NCBI RefSeq assembly: GCF_044704955.1
Contig: NC_091987.1
Span: forward strand, 68,696,001 to 68,760,000
From: Pristiophorus japonicus
Taxonomy: Eukaryota
DNA: 64,000 nucleotides
Reading direction: 5' to 3'
The first letter of the stretch is position 1. Every line of letters starts with the position of its first letter. Both the position numbers and the translations under genes were made by a program. The notes beneath the pieces are model-generated. The model saw only the letters and a list, made by a program, of their open reading frames with translations. It was not told the DNA's origin and did not search any database. Below, piece by piece: positions 45,050 to 57,779 of this stretch.

Positions 45050-47175
45050 GTTTTTATTCGATCCAGTATGTGGGCATCGTTGGCAACACCAGCATTTATT
45101 GGCCATCCCTAATTGCCATTGAGAAGGTGGTGGTGGACTGCCTTCTTGAACTGCTGCAGTCCTTGTGGTGAAGGTCCTCCAACAGTGCAGTTAGAGAAGG
45201 TATTCCAGGATTTTGACCCAGCGACGATATATTTCCAAGTCAGGATGGTATGTAACTTGGAGGCGAATTTGCAGACGATGGTGCTCCCATGTGCCTGCTG
45301 CCCTTGTCCTACTAGGTGGTAGAGGTCATGGGTTTGGGAGGGGGTGTCGAAGAAGCCTTGACGAGTTGCTGCAATGCATCTTATCGATAGTACACACTAC
45401 AGCCACGGTGCGCCGGTGGTGGAGGGAGTGAATGTTGAAGGTGATGGATGGGGTGGCAATCAAGCGGGCTGCTTTGTTCTGGTTGGTGTCGAGCTTCTTG
45501 AGTGTTGTTGGAGCTGCACTCATCCAGGCAAGTGGAGAGTATTCCATCACACTCCTGACTTGTGCCTTGTAGATGGTGGAAAGGCTTTGGGGAGTCAGGA
45601 GGTGAGACACTCGCTGCAGAATACCCACTCTTGTTGCCGCAGTATTTATGTGGCTGGTCTAGTTAAGTTTCTGGTCAATGGTGACCCGCAGAATGTTGAT
45701 GGTGGGGGATTCAGCCCCAGTAATGCTGTTGAATATCAAGGGGTGGCGGTTAGACTCTCACTTGTTGGAGATGGTCATTGCCTGGCACTTTTGTGCTGCA
45801 AATGTTACTTGTGACTTATCAGCCTAAGCCTGAATGTCGTCCAGGTCTTGCTGCATGCGGTCATGGAATGCTTCATTTCCTGAGGTGTTGCGAATGGAAC
45901 TGAACACTGCAGTCACCAGCGAACATCCCCACTTCTGATCTTATGATGGAGGGATCATCATCATAGGCAGTCCCTCGGAATCGAGGAAGATTTGCTTCCA
46001 CTCTTAAAATGAGTCCTTAGGTGGCTGAACAGTCCAATACGAGAGCCTCAGTCCCTGTCACAGGTGGGACAGATAGTCGTTGAGGGTAAGGGAGGGTGAG
46101 GCAGATTTGCCGCACACTCTTTCCGCTGCCTGCGCTTGATTTCTGCATGCTCTTGGCGATGAGAATCGAGGTGCTCAGCGCCCTCTCAGATGCACTTCCT
46201 TCACTTAGGGCGGTCTTTGGCCAGGGACTCCAAGATGTTGGTGGGGATGTTGCACTTTATCAGGGAGGCTTTGAGGATGCCCTTGTAATGTTTCCTCTGC
46301 CCACCTTTGGCTCGTTTGCTGTGAAGGAGTTCCAAGTAGAGCACTTGCTTTGGGAGTCTCGTGTCTGGCATGCGGACAATGTGGCCTGCCTAGCGGAGCT
46401 GATCAAGTGTGGTGAGTGCTTCAATGCTGGGGATATTGGCCTGGTCGAGGACGCTAATGTTGGTGCGTCTGTCCTCCCAGGGGATTTGTAGGATCTTGCG
46501 GAGACATCACTGGTGGTATTTCTCCAGCGATTTGAGGTGTCTACTGTACATGGTCCATGCCTCTGAGCCATACAGGAGGGCGCGTATTATTACAGCCCTG
46601 TAGATCATGAGCTCGGTGACTGATTTGAGGGCCTGGTCTTTGAACACTCTTTTCCTCAGACGGCTGACGGCTGAAGGCTGCACTGGCGTACTGGAGGCGG
46701 TGTTGAATCTCGTCATCAATGTGTGCTCTTGTTGATAAGAGGCTCCCGAGGTATGGGAAATGGTCCATATTGTCCAGGGCCACGCCGTGGATCTTGATGA
46801 CTGGGGGGCAATGCTATGCAGCGAGGACAGGCTGGTGGAGGACCGTTGTCTTATGGATGTTTAGCATAAGGCCCATGCTTTCGTACGCCTCAGTAAATAC
46901 ATCGACTATGTCCTGGAGTTCAGCTTCTGTATGTGTGCAGACGCAAGCGTCATTGATGAGGCAGCTGAAGATGGTTGGGCCTTGGACACTGCCCAGCGAT
47001 GTACTGGACCTGGGATAGTTGACCTCCAACAACCACAACCATCTTCCTTTGTGCTCGGTATGACTTCAGCCAGTGAAAAGTTTCCCCCTGATTCCCATTG
47101 ACTTCAATAGGGCTCCTTGATGCCACACTCGGTCAAATGCTGCCTTGATGTCAAGGGCTGTCACTCTCACTTCTC
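45050..47175 (-). mobile_element. CR1-clade LINE (second family) split by an RTE
   Basis: YKAQVRSVMEYSPLAW; ...tatgatggaggg (45953) resumes as cattgatgaggcagc (46951). Confidence 0.85.
45954..46950 (-). mobile_element. RTE LINE 3' fragment
   Basis: (CAT)n tail; DHFPYLGSLLS, ALLYGSEAW. Confidence 0.9.
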
Positions 47176-48139
47176 ATTTGAAAAAGTATTTTATTGGCTG
47201 TGAAATTCTTGGAATGTCCTCTAGTTATGGCATGCATTATATAGTTCTTTTTTTCTTTATTAATTCGGTTCACTATTTATCTCCCTTATCCTTTCTCCTG
47301 AAGATGGGTCGTAGCACCCCTCCATTACCTCACCCAATTGGCTGTTCCTCTTCGATGACCCAGAACAGTAAGGCCTCAATATCAACGTGGAGGCAGCAAG
47401 GGTACATGGGAGCCTGGTAACGGACGAAGCACCTGGCAAGACCAGGGATATGGAGGCACTGCCAAACTTAACATAAATATGTGCAGACTCCCACCCGATA
47501 CAACCACGGGGGACAGGGATCACGGTAGCAAGGCTTTGGGCAAGATTGTGGGGGGCTTGGGGATGCGGTGAGGATGAAGGCACTGGTCATGATCATGAAT
47601 GGGGCAGGTGAAGGAGGAGGAAGGCTCTGGGCATGATCACGACTGCAAGAGGGGACGTCAGGGCACGATTGGTTGAAATCCATGGCTGGGGAGGTCGAAG
47701 GCTTCCTTGTCAAGCCTGGGGGGAGCATTCCTGCTCCTCCTGGCCTACAAGGAGCTTAAAAAACAGGCAAAGTTCTAAAACATACTTGGTCAGTCAGCTC
47801 CTCCCGCCATGTTTCTGCTGCCGGGCAACAGACAGCGCGGAACTCCCCCTGTGGTGAAATTAAAAATAAGTTGCAGCACTGAATTTCATAATCAGGCCTT
47901 GACTTCTGAATCTCAAGAAGGCCCCCGCCTGCTTTTAGTGGGAGCCTTGTCCAGGGCCTGAATCGCCACCATAAATAATGCAGTGGGTTGAGGTTGGGCT
48001 GGTTGAAATCAAGGCCTAGGTGTCCCAGAGCTAATCGATTGTGGAAGACTACCACTGCTGAACCGGATCCTGTTTTTACCTATCACTCACACAATTATAT
48101 TGCCAACATAGCTCCTTCAACCAAAATGGTTAATTCAGT

Positions 48140-48295
48140 ACTCATTTCATTTGTGGGACCTTGCTGTGTACAACATTTCATGTTGTGCTTACAAGACCTA
48201 ACAGTGACCACACTTCAAATAATAAATCATTGGTTGTGAGTTTGGAACATTCTGAGAGAATGATAAAGCATCACATAAATGCAAGTTCTTTCTTC
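48140..48295 (+). mobile_element. SINE 3' portion (Deu-SINE/L2-type tail)
   Basis: tttgtgggaccttgctgtg..acagtgaccacacttcaaa..ataaatgcaagttctttc. Confidence 0.6.
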
Positions 48296-48394
48296 TCCTC
48301 TAACATAGGGATGTTTACTTACCAATTACAGTGTGGTATTGGGGAGCCCCCAACCCCCAACAGACACACAACACAGTTGGTAAAAGCACCTACT

Positions 48395-48690
48395 CGTGTG
48401 GAGCTGATCGGTACAGACCAGAAACGCCCCAAGTCTAGCCCCTGACCTGTGCTGAGCTACCTGCTCTCAGATGATAGGACGTTGTAATTGGCCCCAGTGC
48501 CCAGTTACAATGAGGTATGTTTCCCAATCCAGCGAGCCTAGCTGGAAAAAGGGCAGCAGGTTATGAGGGCATGACCAGGCTTGGCTGCAGTTACGTAGCC
48601 AGCCAACACTCATTGTCTAGGCTCACACTTGCTGCGTGGATATTTGAGTGAGGTACATAGGGTAGCTGGTCAAGGTAGACCCTTTACCCC
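48395..48690 (+). mobile_element. LF-SINE-like copy
   Basis: gtacagaccag..tgtgctgagctacctgctctcag..taattggcccc..caacactcattgtctaggctcacac..gagtgaggtac. Confidence 0.6.
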
Positions 48691-49384
48691 CACATGACGT
48701 TCAACGAGTGGCGGGCGTGTAGAGTAATGGGGAGGGGAAAGAAATTCAGAATTGAGATCACAGGCATAAAAAGAGTTTATGGATGTCTATTGTGATCACC
48801 TTTGCAGATATACAGATAGATTGCATATTTTAGAGCTGTATGAAAATGCTGTTTATCTCCACTTGACTAAATTGATTTCAAAATCCATTGAAATTTGTAA
48901 ACAGCTGGAATGTATACAACAGAATGAGGCTTCTGTGGATGCTTTACAATTATTTTGAAATCCAGCTTTTGTAAGCTCATTAAAGGCTGTTTTCGGGTTT
49001 GAACCAGAGTTAGACAATCAGCTCAGTGTTGTTTCACAGGATGATTTGAAACCCTTTTAATATATTTGTTATTCAGATTGCTAAATAAATAGGTCAAGGA
49101 ATCAGTGCCATTGTCAGTGTATGTAGAGATTATGAGAATTTGTTTAATATGATCAACCTAGCTGGTAGCATTTCCCATGAGGATTTGTAGTGTACCTGGT
49201 GTGGGCAGAAAAGGCTCCGTGCCAAAGTGCCAATCCTAATCTCACTGCATTGGACGAAATGTTGAAATATACAAGTATCCCGAGTTAGATGGGCATTTCC
49301 AGTAGCTGGACCGAAGTGGGTCATTGGCAGAAGGGTCATTGAAGAGGCATGTGTCCTGTGTTGGTCCATGTTTGAATCACTATA

Positions 49385-50635
49385 ATCTGTTTTCCTCCCC
49401 TGCCACAGTATTGAAATGGCCCTTATCAAAGCCATAAATGACAACCTATGTGACTGTGCCCATGGTAAACTATCCCTCCTCATCCTTCTTGACCAGTCTG
49501 CAGCCTTTGACATGGTTGACCACACCATCCTCCTCCAACACCTCTCCTCCATCGTTCACCTGGTTCTATTCTTATCTATCCAGTCATTGCCACAGAATCA
49601 CCTGCAGTCGCTTCTCTTCCTGCTCCCACATCGTTACCTCTGGTGTCCCCCAAGGACCTATCCTTGGACCCCCTCCTATTTCTCAACTACAGACTTCCCC
49701 TTGACGACATCATCCGAAAACACAAAGTCAAGTTCCATGTGTACGCTGACAACACCCAATTCTACCTCCCCATCACCTCTCCCGACCCCTCCACTGTATC
49801 TGATGTGTCACACTTCTTGTCTCGCGTACAATCCTGGATGAGCAGAAATTTCCTCCAACTAAATATAGGAAAGATAAAAGCCATTGTCTTCGGTCCCTGT
49901 CATAATCTCCTTTCCCCCAACCACCAACTCTGTCCCTCTCCCTGGCAACTGCCTGAGGCTGAACCAGACAGTTTGCAACCTTGGTGTCATATTTGACCCC
50001 GAGATGAGCTTCTTAACATCGCCCGATTCCGCCCCTCACTCAGCTTATCTGCTGCTGAAACCCTCATCCATGCTTTTGTCACCTCTAGACTTAACTATTT
50101 AATGCTCTCCTGGCTGGCTTTCCATTTTCCACCATCCGTAAACTCTGCTGCTCATATCCTAATTTGCACCAAGTCCTGTTCACCCAACACCCCTGTGCTT
50201 GCTATTCTACATTGGCTCCCGATCCAGCAATGCCTCACATTTAAAATTCTAATACTTGATTTCAAATTCCTCCTTGGCCTCAGCCCAATCTATCTCTGTA
50301 ACCGCCTCCAGCCCTACAACCATCTGAATTGTACTCTTCCAATTCAGGCCTCTTGCGCATTCCCGAATTTAATCGCTCCACCCCACTCACAATCATGCCT
50401 TCTGTTGCCTGGCCCTTAGCTTTGAATTCCCTCCCTAAACCTCTTCGCCTCTTGACCTCTCTCTCTTGCTTTAAGACACTCCTTAAAGCCTACCTCTTTG
50501 ACCAAGCTTTTAGTCATCTGTCCTAATATCTCCTTATGTGGCTCGGTTTCCAATTTTGTTTGATTACACTCCTGTGAAGCGCCTTGCGATGTTTTACTAC
50601 ATTAAAGGCATTATATAAATGCAAATTGTTGTTGT
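49385..50635 (+). mobile_element. L2 LINE 3' portion
   Basis: LLDQSAAFDMVDH, GVPQGPILGP, HVYADNTQ, LHWLP; tail gcaaattgttgttg. Confidence 0.9.
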
Positions 50636-51032
50636 ACAATATCTGTGCAGGCATATCTTTTTTTAAACCAATTCAGAGGCACAGCCAGAGATGTATAACA
50701 AGAGCCCATCCAGTGAGGCCAGAGCTCCTTTGCAGTTTCAAGGTCATAAAGCATACAGTGAATTTATTTCCATACCACGGTGGGTCTAGAGGCAACATCT
50801 TATCTCTTGTTATTGGCAGCAGCCAACTAGAGGTAACTAAGGTAATGGGCAAGGATGATGTTTTCACTACTGCACTCTTGGCTTCTCTTTTACAAACATT
50901 GACTTGATTCTTTGTTGGGCTCTCAGTAACTCACATGGAAATAGTGCATTTCTTCACTCATTAAAATCATGCTGTCAAGAATTCTTGCTATTGGCTGTTG
51001 TCAATGGGACATTCTGAATACCAATTTCATTT

Positions 51033-51114
51033 TGTGGGAAAAGGATCTATGTCCTTCACGATTATAAATATTATAGGGTAAACATTTATAATCGTGAAGG
51101 ATATAGATCCTTTC
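51033..51114. repeat. Near-perfect inverted repeat (30-bp arms 51040-51069 and 51084-51113)
   Basis: aaaggatctatgtccttcacgattataaat / atttataatcgtgaaggatatagatccttt, one G-T pair, 14-nt loop. Confidence 0.92.
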
Positions 51115-51395
51115 TGTCTTGTATATAACCATCATGCAATGGTAATCTTCATGTAACTGTAACCTTCATGCAACTCCTGTACACTGTACTTATACCCTAG
51201 AAATACATACCCTGGCCACAGGGGGTGAACTTGTGGGAGACACTCCTCACCTGGGTTCCCAGGTATAAAAGGGGAGGTCCCACCCAGGGTCAGCACTCTT
51301 TGGTCCTGGGCAATAAAGGTTAAGGTCACTGAGTGACTGTGTCTGCTATACATGCCTCGTGTGAATTTGTAGTAAGGTGCAAGGACACCACCACA
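51115..51395 (+). mobile_element. Solo LTR (281 bp)
   Basis: TG...CA ends, 5-bp TSD CTTTC (51110-14, 51396-400), TATAAAA at 51264, AATAAA at 51312. Confidence 0.85.
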
Positions 51396-54269
51396 CTTTC
51401 CCCACACATCGGGTAAACATTTAAAATGTGGAGCAATAAAATGTATTGTGCTTGGTGCAGGGTGCCACAGACTGGGTGATTCCATAGCTAACATTCACAC
51501 TTGGGAATCCTCCAAGATTTGAAGCTTCTGAACTTAGCCCATTATAAGGTGCAGCACTGAGTGACTGGAGGGAATGAATCAGCAGGGATTCTGCTTTGGG
51601 CTGTTCCGTAGCACCCCCTTGTGACTGTTCAGATTGTTATCAAGGGTGCAGCACCCTCACGGATATAAAGGAGAGAAAACAGAGATAATATGCACTTTAA
51701 AAGTTTTACCTTTTTTCTTAGTGATATTTTGATCTGAATAGAAGTGGGATTCTAATAGCACTACAAACATTATGTTGTCACCACTTCCAGGTGTACTGTT
51801 TGTGCAGAAATAGCACAATTGTTATGAGAGCTTTTCTGCTTCAAGTAATGTGAATTTATCTCTGCTGGGATCTAACACAGGTTTGTCAAGGGTCCAGCAT
51901 GCCTTCTACTCCATTTCATCACTTTAAGCATTAAAAATACTATCTGTTCTTTGCCAAATGTTGACATAATTGCAAGGCAAGAATTGTACATCCTTGATTT
52001 AAATTTCAATATTTTTTTCTAAAGGCATTAAACACTATTAATCTGTGTTAATTAACCTTTTGATAATTGAATAATGTTTTCCAGTATCAATGCTATAAAT
52101 TGCATGCAAATTCCCTTTCAAACTATTGGCTCCCTTTTTTGAAATGATTTTCCACAGTTTCAGCTCACAGCTCCCCAATGCTCTTAAGGTGGTTTCAGTG
52201 CTCAGCCTTGTAATTGACAGTTAATTATTTATCTCTCTTGCTGGTCTGATGCAAACACACACACCCACCCTAGGGCTGGGGAAACAGAGACAAACCACAA
52301 CTCCCCAAATGCCAACTCCAAGTAAAAGATTCATGATTAGACTAATCCTTAAATTGAGCTTTAAAGTTTAAAGGTTTGGTAGTTTCCCACCCATTCCAAA
52401 CAATGCTGTGTGCTTACAGAAGTAAAACCTTTTCAAACCATAGCAAACAATATTTAATTAATGACGGAATTGGCATCTTCTCAATTGGAAGGTTTTCCAA
52501 AGGTCTGTAAATGTTATTCAGAGCTTGTGCTAATCTGGAGCTCAGGGTCTCGGGATTCTTCAATTCGTGCATCATTATTTGAACGAGAGGAAAGGCCAAC
52601 CTTTCAAGCACGGAGTCTTTTGAAGTAAGAGTGCCCCAGTTTATTTCAGAGAAGTCCTCCTGTGAGTTCTCAGCCGTGTAAACTGTTGAACATTCAAGAT
52701 GGTACTCATGAGAATTTGGGTCAAGGGTTTCCAACTCTTGTAAATTTAAAGTTACCAAGAAGCTCTGTTATTAACACTCTGATAAGCAAGGTTTAACAGG
52801 AACATGTTGAGAAAAACATAACAGAAATAAGACACTGGGCCAATTTTGTATCGTTAGTACCAGGATAAAACAAGAGTTTGCCATGTCATAGCCTCACATT
52901 ATGTGCGCAAATGGTGCAGAATGATTTTCAGGTACATGGTCTTTCCGAGAAAAAGAAAAGCTTGAAGGGATCAGATTGATGATAATTTGCAATGTCCATT
53001 AGACAACTTTACTAACACCATGATAGAGCATGGGATTATCTGAAATCTGTTTCTTAGTCATAATACTGGGAAGAAACCCCCATCTTTGCTTAATGTTTGT
53101 GACGAGAAAGTGCTGTTTGTTAATATCCATTGGAAATCATTACTTTATAATTCAGAGACTCTCTCCACAATTGAGACTCACCTCATCCTGTGGATAATAT
53201 TCCATAAATGGAAAATATCTTGTCATTTCCATGTACCAATGGGCGCTGCTGTCAAATTTCTCTCTGATTTAACCCAGATATTCTTTCCCTACTGTGGATG
53301 TTGGAGGGCTCCATTCTTCATTTGAAAAGGTTCCATACGAATGGCGGGGGCGGCGGGGCGGGGGGGGGGGGAAGATGTAGAGAGATTGAGCTCTTACTTC
53401 TGTACTGTACTCCTGGATATGCTCAGAGGCTTGTACAGTAATCTGTACACGCTCTTCACAGAGTTATGGGGATTTCTATCAACCTTAAACATAGACATTA
53501 TCTGCTGATACTACCAGCGATAGAGTCTCTGAAACCTTGGGGAAGACATCCAGACATTCTCTCTCTTAGGTGTTCACAGCATAGTCTTGTTCTTGAATTT
53601 CAATAAAGTGTAATAATAGGCATGTGAAATGTTCGTATTATATCCACCACATTGTGAAAAACATCGAGAACTACAGTTATAGATTTTGTCCTTTCTGAAA
53701 TTGGGTTGTGTCCCAAGAGAGTATTTTGAGCTGTATAACACCAGTGTGAAGTAATGATGATTACATTATCACACTAGAAGTATTGGCACAATGGTAAAAT
53801 GTATTGGCTTGAAAGCAACTTTTGTATAGCATATTGATATCAAAGTGCTAAGTGAATCTGGTGACAACACTGGTATGACAACTCGAGCAGTGTTAACACT
53901 TCATGTGGGATAGTTAGGAATGCTGTGGAAGGTGATCCCTTCAGAGAGCACAATGCATTCTCTAGTCTCTGCTTGCAATATTCTAAACAAGGTTCATACA
54001 TCCAAAACATTCTCTCACTCTAACACAAAGAGCTATCAATTGAATATTGGCTCAGTGTCAATTTTTGCCTGATTACATAGCTGTGGAGCACCTTGGGACG
54101 TTTTACTGTTAACGGCACTATCTAACTGCATGTTGTTGCAGCATTTATTAATATAAATAGTGTATATCTGTATAAATTCATATGTTCACTACTTAGTTAA
54201 TATAAATAAAATCTTTGTTCAATTTATGTAATTGTATATAATTATTGCACTTAAATGTATAAGTACTTA

Positions 54270-54276
54270 TCAAATA

Positions 54277-54311
<35 letters not shown>
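54270..54311. repeat. (TA)n microsatellite in an AT-rich tract
   Basis: Directly visible. Confidence 0.95.
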
Positions 54312-54313
<2 letters not shown>

Positions 54314-54712
54314 GCATACAATGACTTTTATATATAATTACATACAATCATTTGGCTTAATGTAAGCAAAGACATTGAAGATCTATAAATATTAATATTT
54401 TGCCCTTCATGACCAGTCAAGAGCCATAAATAAAAAGTTAGAGTTGATTGAAGTGAGCTCCTAATGTGTGTGGGAACTCTTGCTTGCTTCCATCTATTCT
54501 GCTCACCATTATGCAGAATGAAGACAACCCGCAGAAGAACTCGGGGCGGGGGGAACTCGTATTCACTCAGATTAAGCAGTGAAACACTATGATAATTCGA
54601 ATTAGATTTTTCTTGGTTACAATACATTTTCATACATTACATTGTTGTACACAAAGTACAATGTTGTAGACAGTGAATCCTCCTTGGATTGACTCTGGGG
54701 TGTAGTGTCATT

Positions 54713-55621
54713 GGGCCCAAATTTCCCCAACCCCTTTTTCCCGCGCACTCTCCCAAGATGCGTCGACTTTGTGTGCTCAAAATGGTGCCAAAAAACTTAC
54801 TAACGATTCTGGCCACTCTGCTGTGTGTCCTGGGTCCTGGCGCGGTGTTTCTCATGAAGTGGGCGACGGAGCTACAGCCCTGTGCTGAAAACAGTGCTGG
54901 CAGCTGTGCGCATGCACAGTGGAGTGTGTGTGCATGCGCAGTAGTTCCCTGCCCTCCCAGTGCGTCCTGCAGGCTGTGAGCCAGACCCGATGCTCGCCGC
55001 CCCTATCCCTGGCTGACGGGACGACCCGATAATCTTCAACAGAACCTCCCAATAAAACATGGGCCAGCAGGCAGCAGTGTGGAGAGAACGTTGCATTTTG
55101 TTTGGCACATGTCAAATCGTTCTGACCCAACACTGATTAAGTCCTCAGAAAAGTTAAGTCCCCCGGGGGGCCGAGTTAGGGAGGTAGGACTTAAGTCTTA
55201 TTATTTATTTATTTATTTATTATTATTGATGGTTTTTATGCTTCTTTAATGTTGTTGTGAAGGTGTTTTGCAAGATTCTCTGTGCTTCCCTTCCCTCCCG
55301 CACCCCACCCCCCCCCCCCCACCCCAATCTCTGGCTACCTGCGCTGATTTCTTAACTCTCCGCAAGGGTTTTCTGTGTGGCCAATACGCTGGCCTAAGTT
55401 AGTTTGGAGCAACTATTAGCTGTCCAAACTGGCTTAAATGGCCTTAACAGACGTAGGTGGCTGGTAATGCCCCCTTTTGAAAAAAAACAAAACAAAAAAA
55501 AATCCTAACTAACTCACTTATACTGGCGCAAATTAAATGTGCAGAATGGGGATTTTTAAGATACACCAGAAAAATCAAGTTGCTCCAAAAAAAACGGAGC
55601 AACTCCTGGCCACATTGCCGC
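54713..55621. mobile_element. GC-rich non-autonomous DNA transposon (MITE-like)
   Basis: Begins gggcccaaattt like the other MITE ends here; subterminal hairpin agttgctcc-N9-ggagcaact; right TIR degraded. Confidence 0.55.
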
Positions 55622-57779
55622 ACTTGCTTGCAGAGTCAATAAACAGTGGGTTTTGGTTGTGATGCCAAAGCTTTGAGGTACACTAGTCAGGTGGGATAAA
55701 ATGTGTCTTCCTGCATGGTACTTGCAATGTATGGGAAATATTGCTGGCATGCTGACCAGCTGTTGGCACTAGGCTAGAGATGTGGATCAGATTTTTTTTT
55801 TTAAATCACAAGATTTAACCTGCATGAGTATAAGTGTTTTTCTCAGACTGGACTAGTTTCCATAATGCATCAAATCACAATCACTGCGTGGAGATCAAAT
55901 ACTCGGGCTTCTACTGCCGTGCATAGCACCGACTGGTTCAGAAAGTCTTAAAGCAAGTCAGGCTCTTAGAAATGGTACACACTACAAATATTTTCTGCCA
56001 TGGGAATTAGAATCAGTTAAATACTCATTGCATGAAATCAAGTTTACTGGTTGCTCTGATGTGCAACATCTGGCTGTAGCTGGGAAGAAAACCAGAAGTC
56101 TACATGTGTTTGGGTGCAGGAGAGTATGATAAGGGGTCCATTCTAGGCAGCAGTGTGCTGGATCTGGCTCACTTTTGTACATGGTGATCTTTTTCATGTT
56201 ATGCAGCCTCTTTTGCTAGTTGGCCTACATTTTTGAATATGGCCAGAAACTGTGCGAGGTTCGGAACTTCTCCACCTAAAATATTCCAGCGTTCTCCTTG
56301 GCTCATTTCAAAGGGCAGCCATGCCATTTTGACACATGCTGGCTCACTTCAAATATTGACTATTTCCATGGTTACCACAAGAATGTCAGGTGGCTCATTA
56401 GCAGTAAAGGCACTTCTTCTGCCATTAGACTTAATCCACATTGTTTTTTGGCCCTGATTAGGTCAGAATAAGATTATAATGGTTAATTTATTGTCGGTTT
56501 AACGATGTGACAACGTTACCTTAGCCATTTTCACCTTCAAATTTCCAATATCTCAGATGGCGGTCAGTAAATAGAGATCTGTGGCTCATACTGCAGACAA
56601 CTGCGGGGTGTCCAGGTTTCTAAAGTACAGAGGCCACATTTAAATTTATGAGCTTGGATGTAGGAATATTAATTAAGGTTGACCCAGCTTTCTCCCATGG
56701 CACTTTTTTTTTTTCAAAATCAGCTTGCACTAGATGTTGAAAGTAAGATATGAGTTTAAAAATAAAAGCAATATCTTTCGCTTTATTGTTGATGAACCGT
56801 ATGAAGCACATCTAAACCTAATCACTAACAGAGAGAACTGATTAGTATTATTAATCTTGCCAAAGACTGCAATAGCAATTCAACACAAAAATAATGATTT
56901 AAAAAAATGTTATTTTTCTATCAGTTTGTTTCTCTTGGTTCCCCCGTACAGTGTCTTTTACTCTTGGGCAGAGATACTAACACTTCCACATGCAGTGGGA
57001 ATATTGTATATGCAGTCATGACATTCAGCCTTCCTTCCTTGGGTTGCGGTCTTGCAGATTGTGCCAGTAATTGCTGGCTTCTCCGTGTGACCTATTCTGT
57101 TGATCTTCAGCAAAAGAAAGCAGGAAGATTTTATGGAACTATCCCAGTTAAAGGTTAATGCTGTATAGGTATTAAACCTGCTATCCCTGTAAGTTTAATA
57201 AAGGTCTTTGACTCATGCTATGAATGCTGGAATAGCTCTTGTCCCCAAATAGATTTTTGCAAGAGAAAGCGCAACTGCAAATTCCAAAGCTAGGTATACT
57301 GTTAAGAAAAAATAGAGCGAAAAAGAGCTCCAGAGGAAAAGAATACACTAATGCTAGGTTATACCGCACTGAAGGGTACAATGTTGTCTCCATTTTTGAA
57401 GTGATGCGAGTAGTTTACACTGTCTGTTCACTCATTAAGTTGAAGAAGGGGGTATTTTCATACATGTTACTCAAATGCATCGATCGAGTGCTACTCAATA
57501 GCCTCTCACCAGTAATGTGATTTTAATGATTTAATACAGGTAGTAGCCAACAAGATAATTAGCAATTTTGATCTTTAAAATGTGAATAGTGATATAGTGA
57601 GCCATCCAAATTTGTTTTTAACTTTAAAAAAAAAAAAGGCTTTCTTTTTTTTACCGAGTCTTCACACCAGTTGCCTTTATACTACAGCCAATATGCAAAC
57701 CTCCTACTATGATATCAGCTCTTTCATGAATAGAATATTGATTGATAGACAGGAAATAAACAGCTCTGAAAAATGTGTG

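Larger units (their letters stand above)
44768..47260 (+). mobile_element. tRNA-derived Deu-domain SINE (44768-45036, tail 47176-47260) split by a CR1
   Basis: A box ggctcagtgg, B box ggttcaagcc, Deu-like core aaagatttcatggcactattcaaagaagagcaggg; the tail resumes after the insert. Confidence 0.7.
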
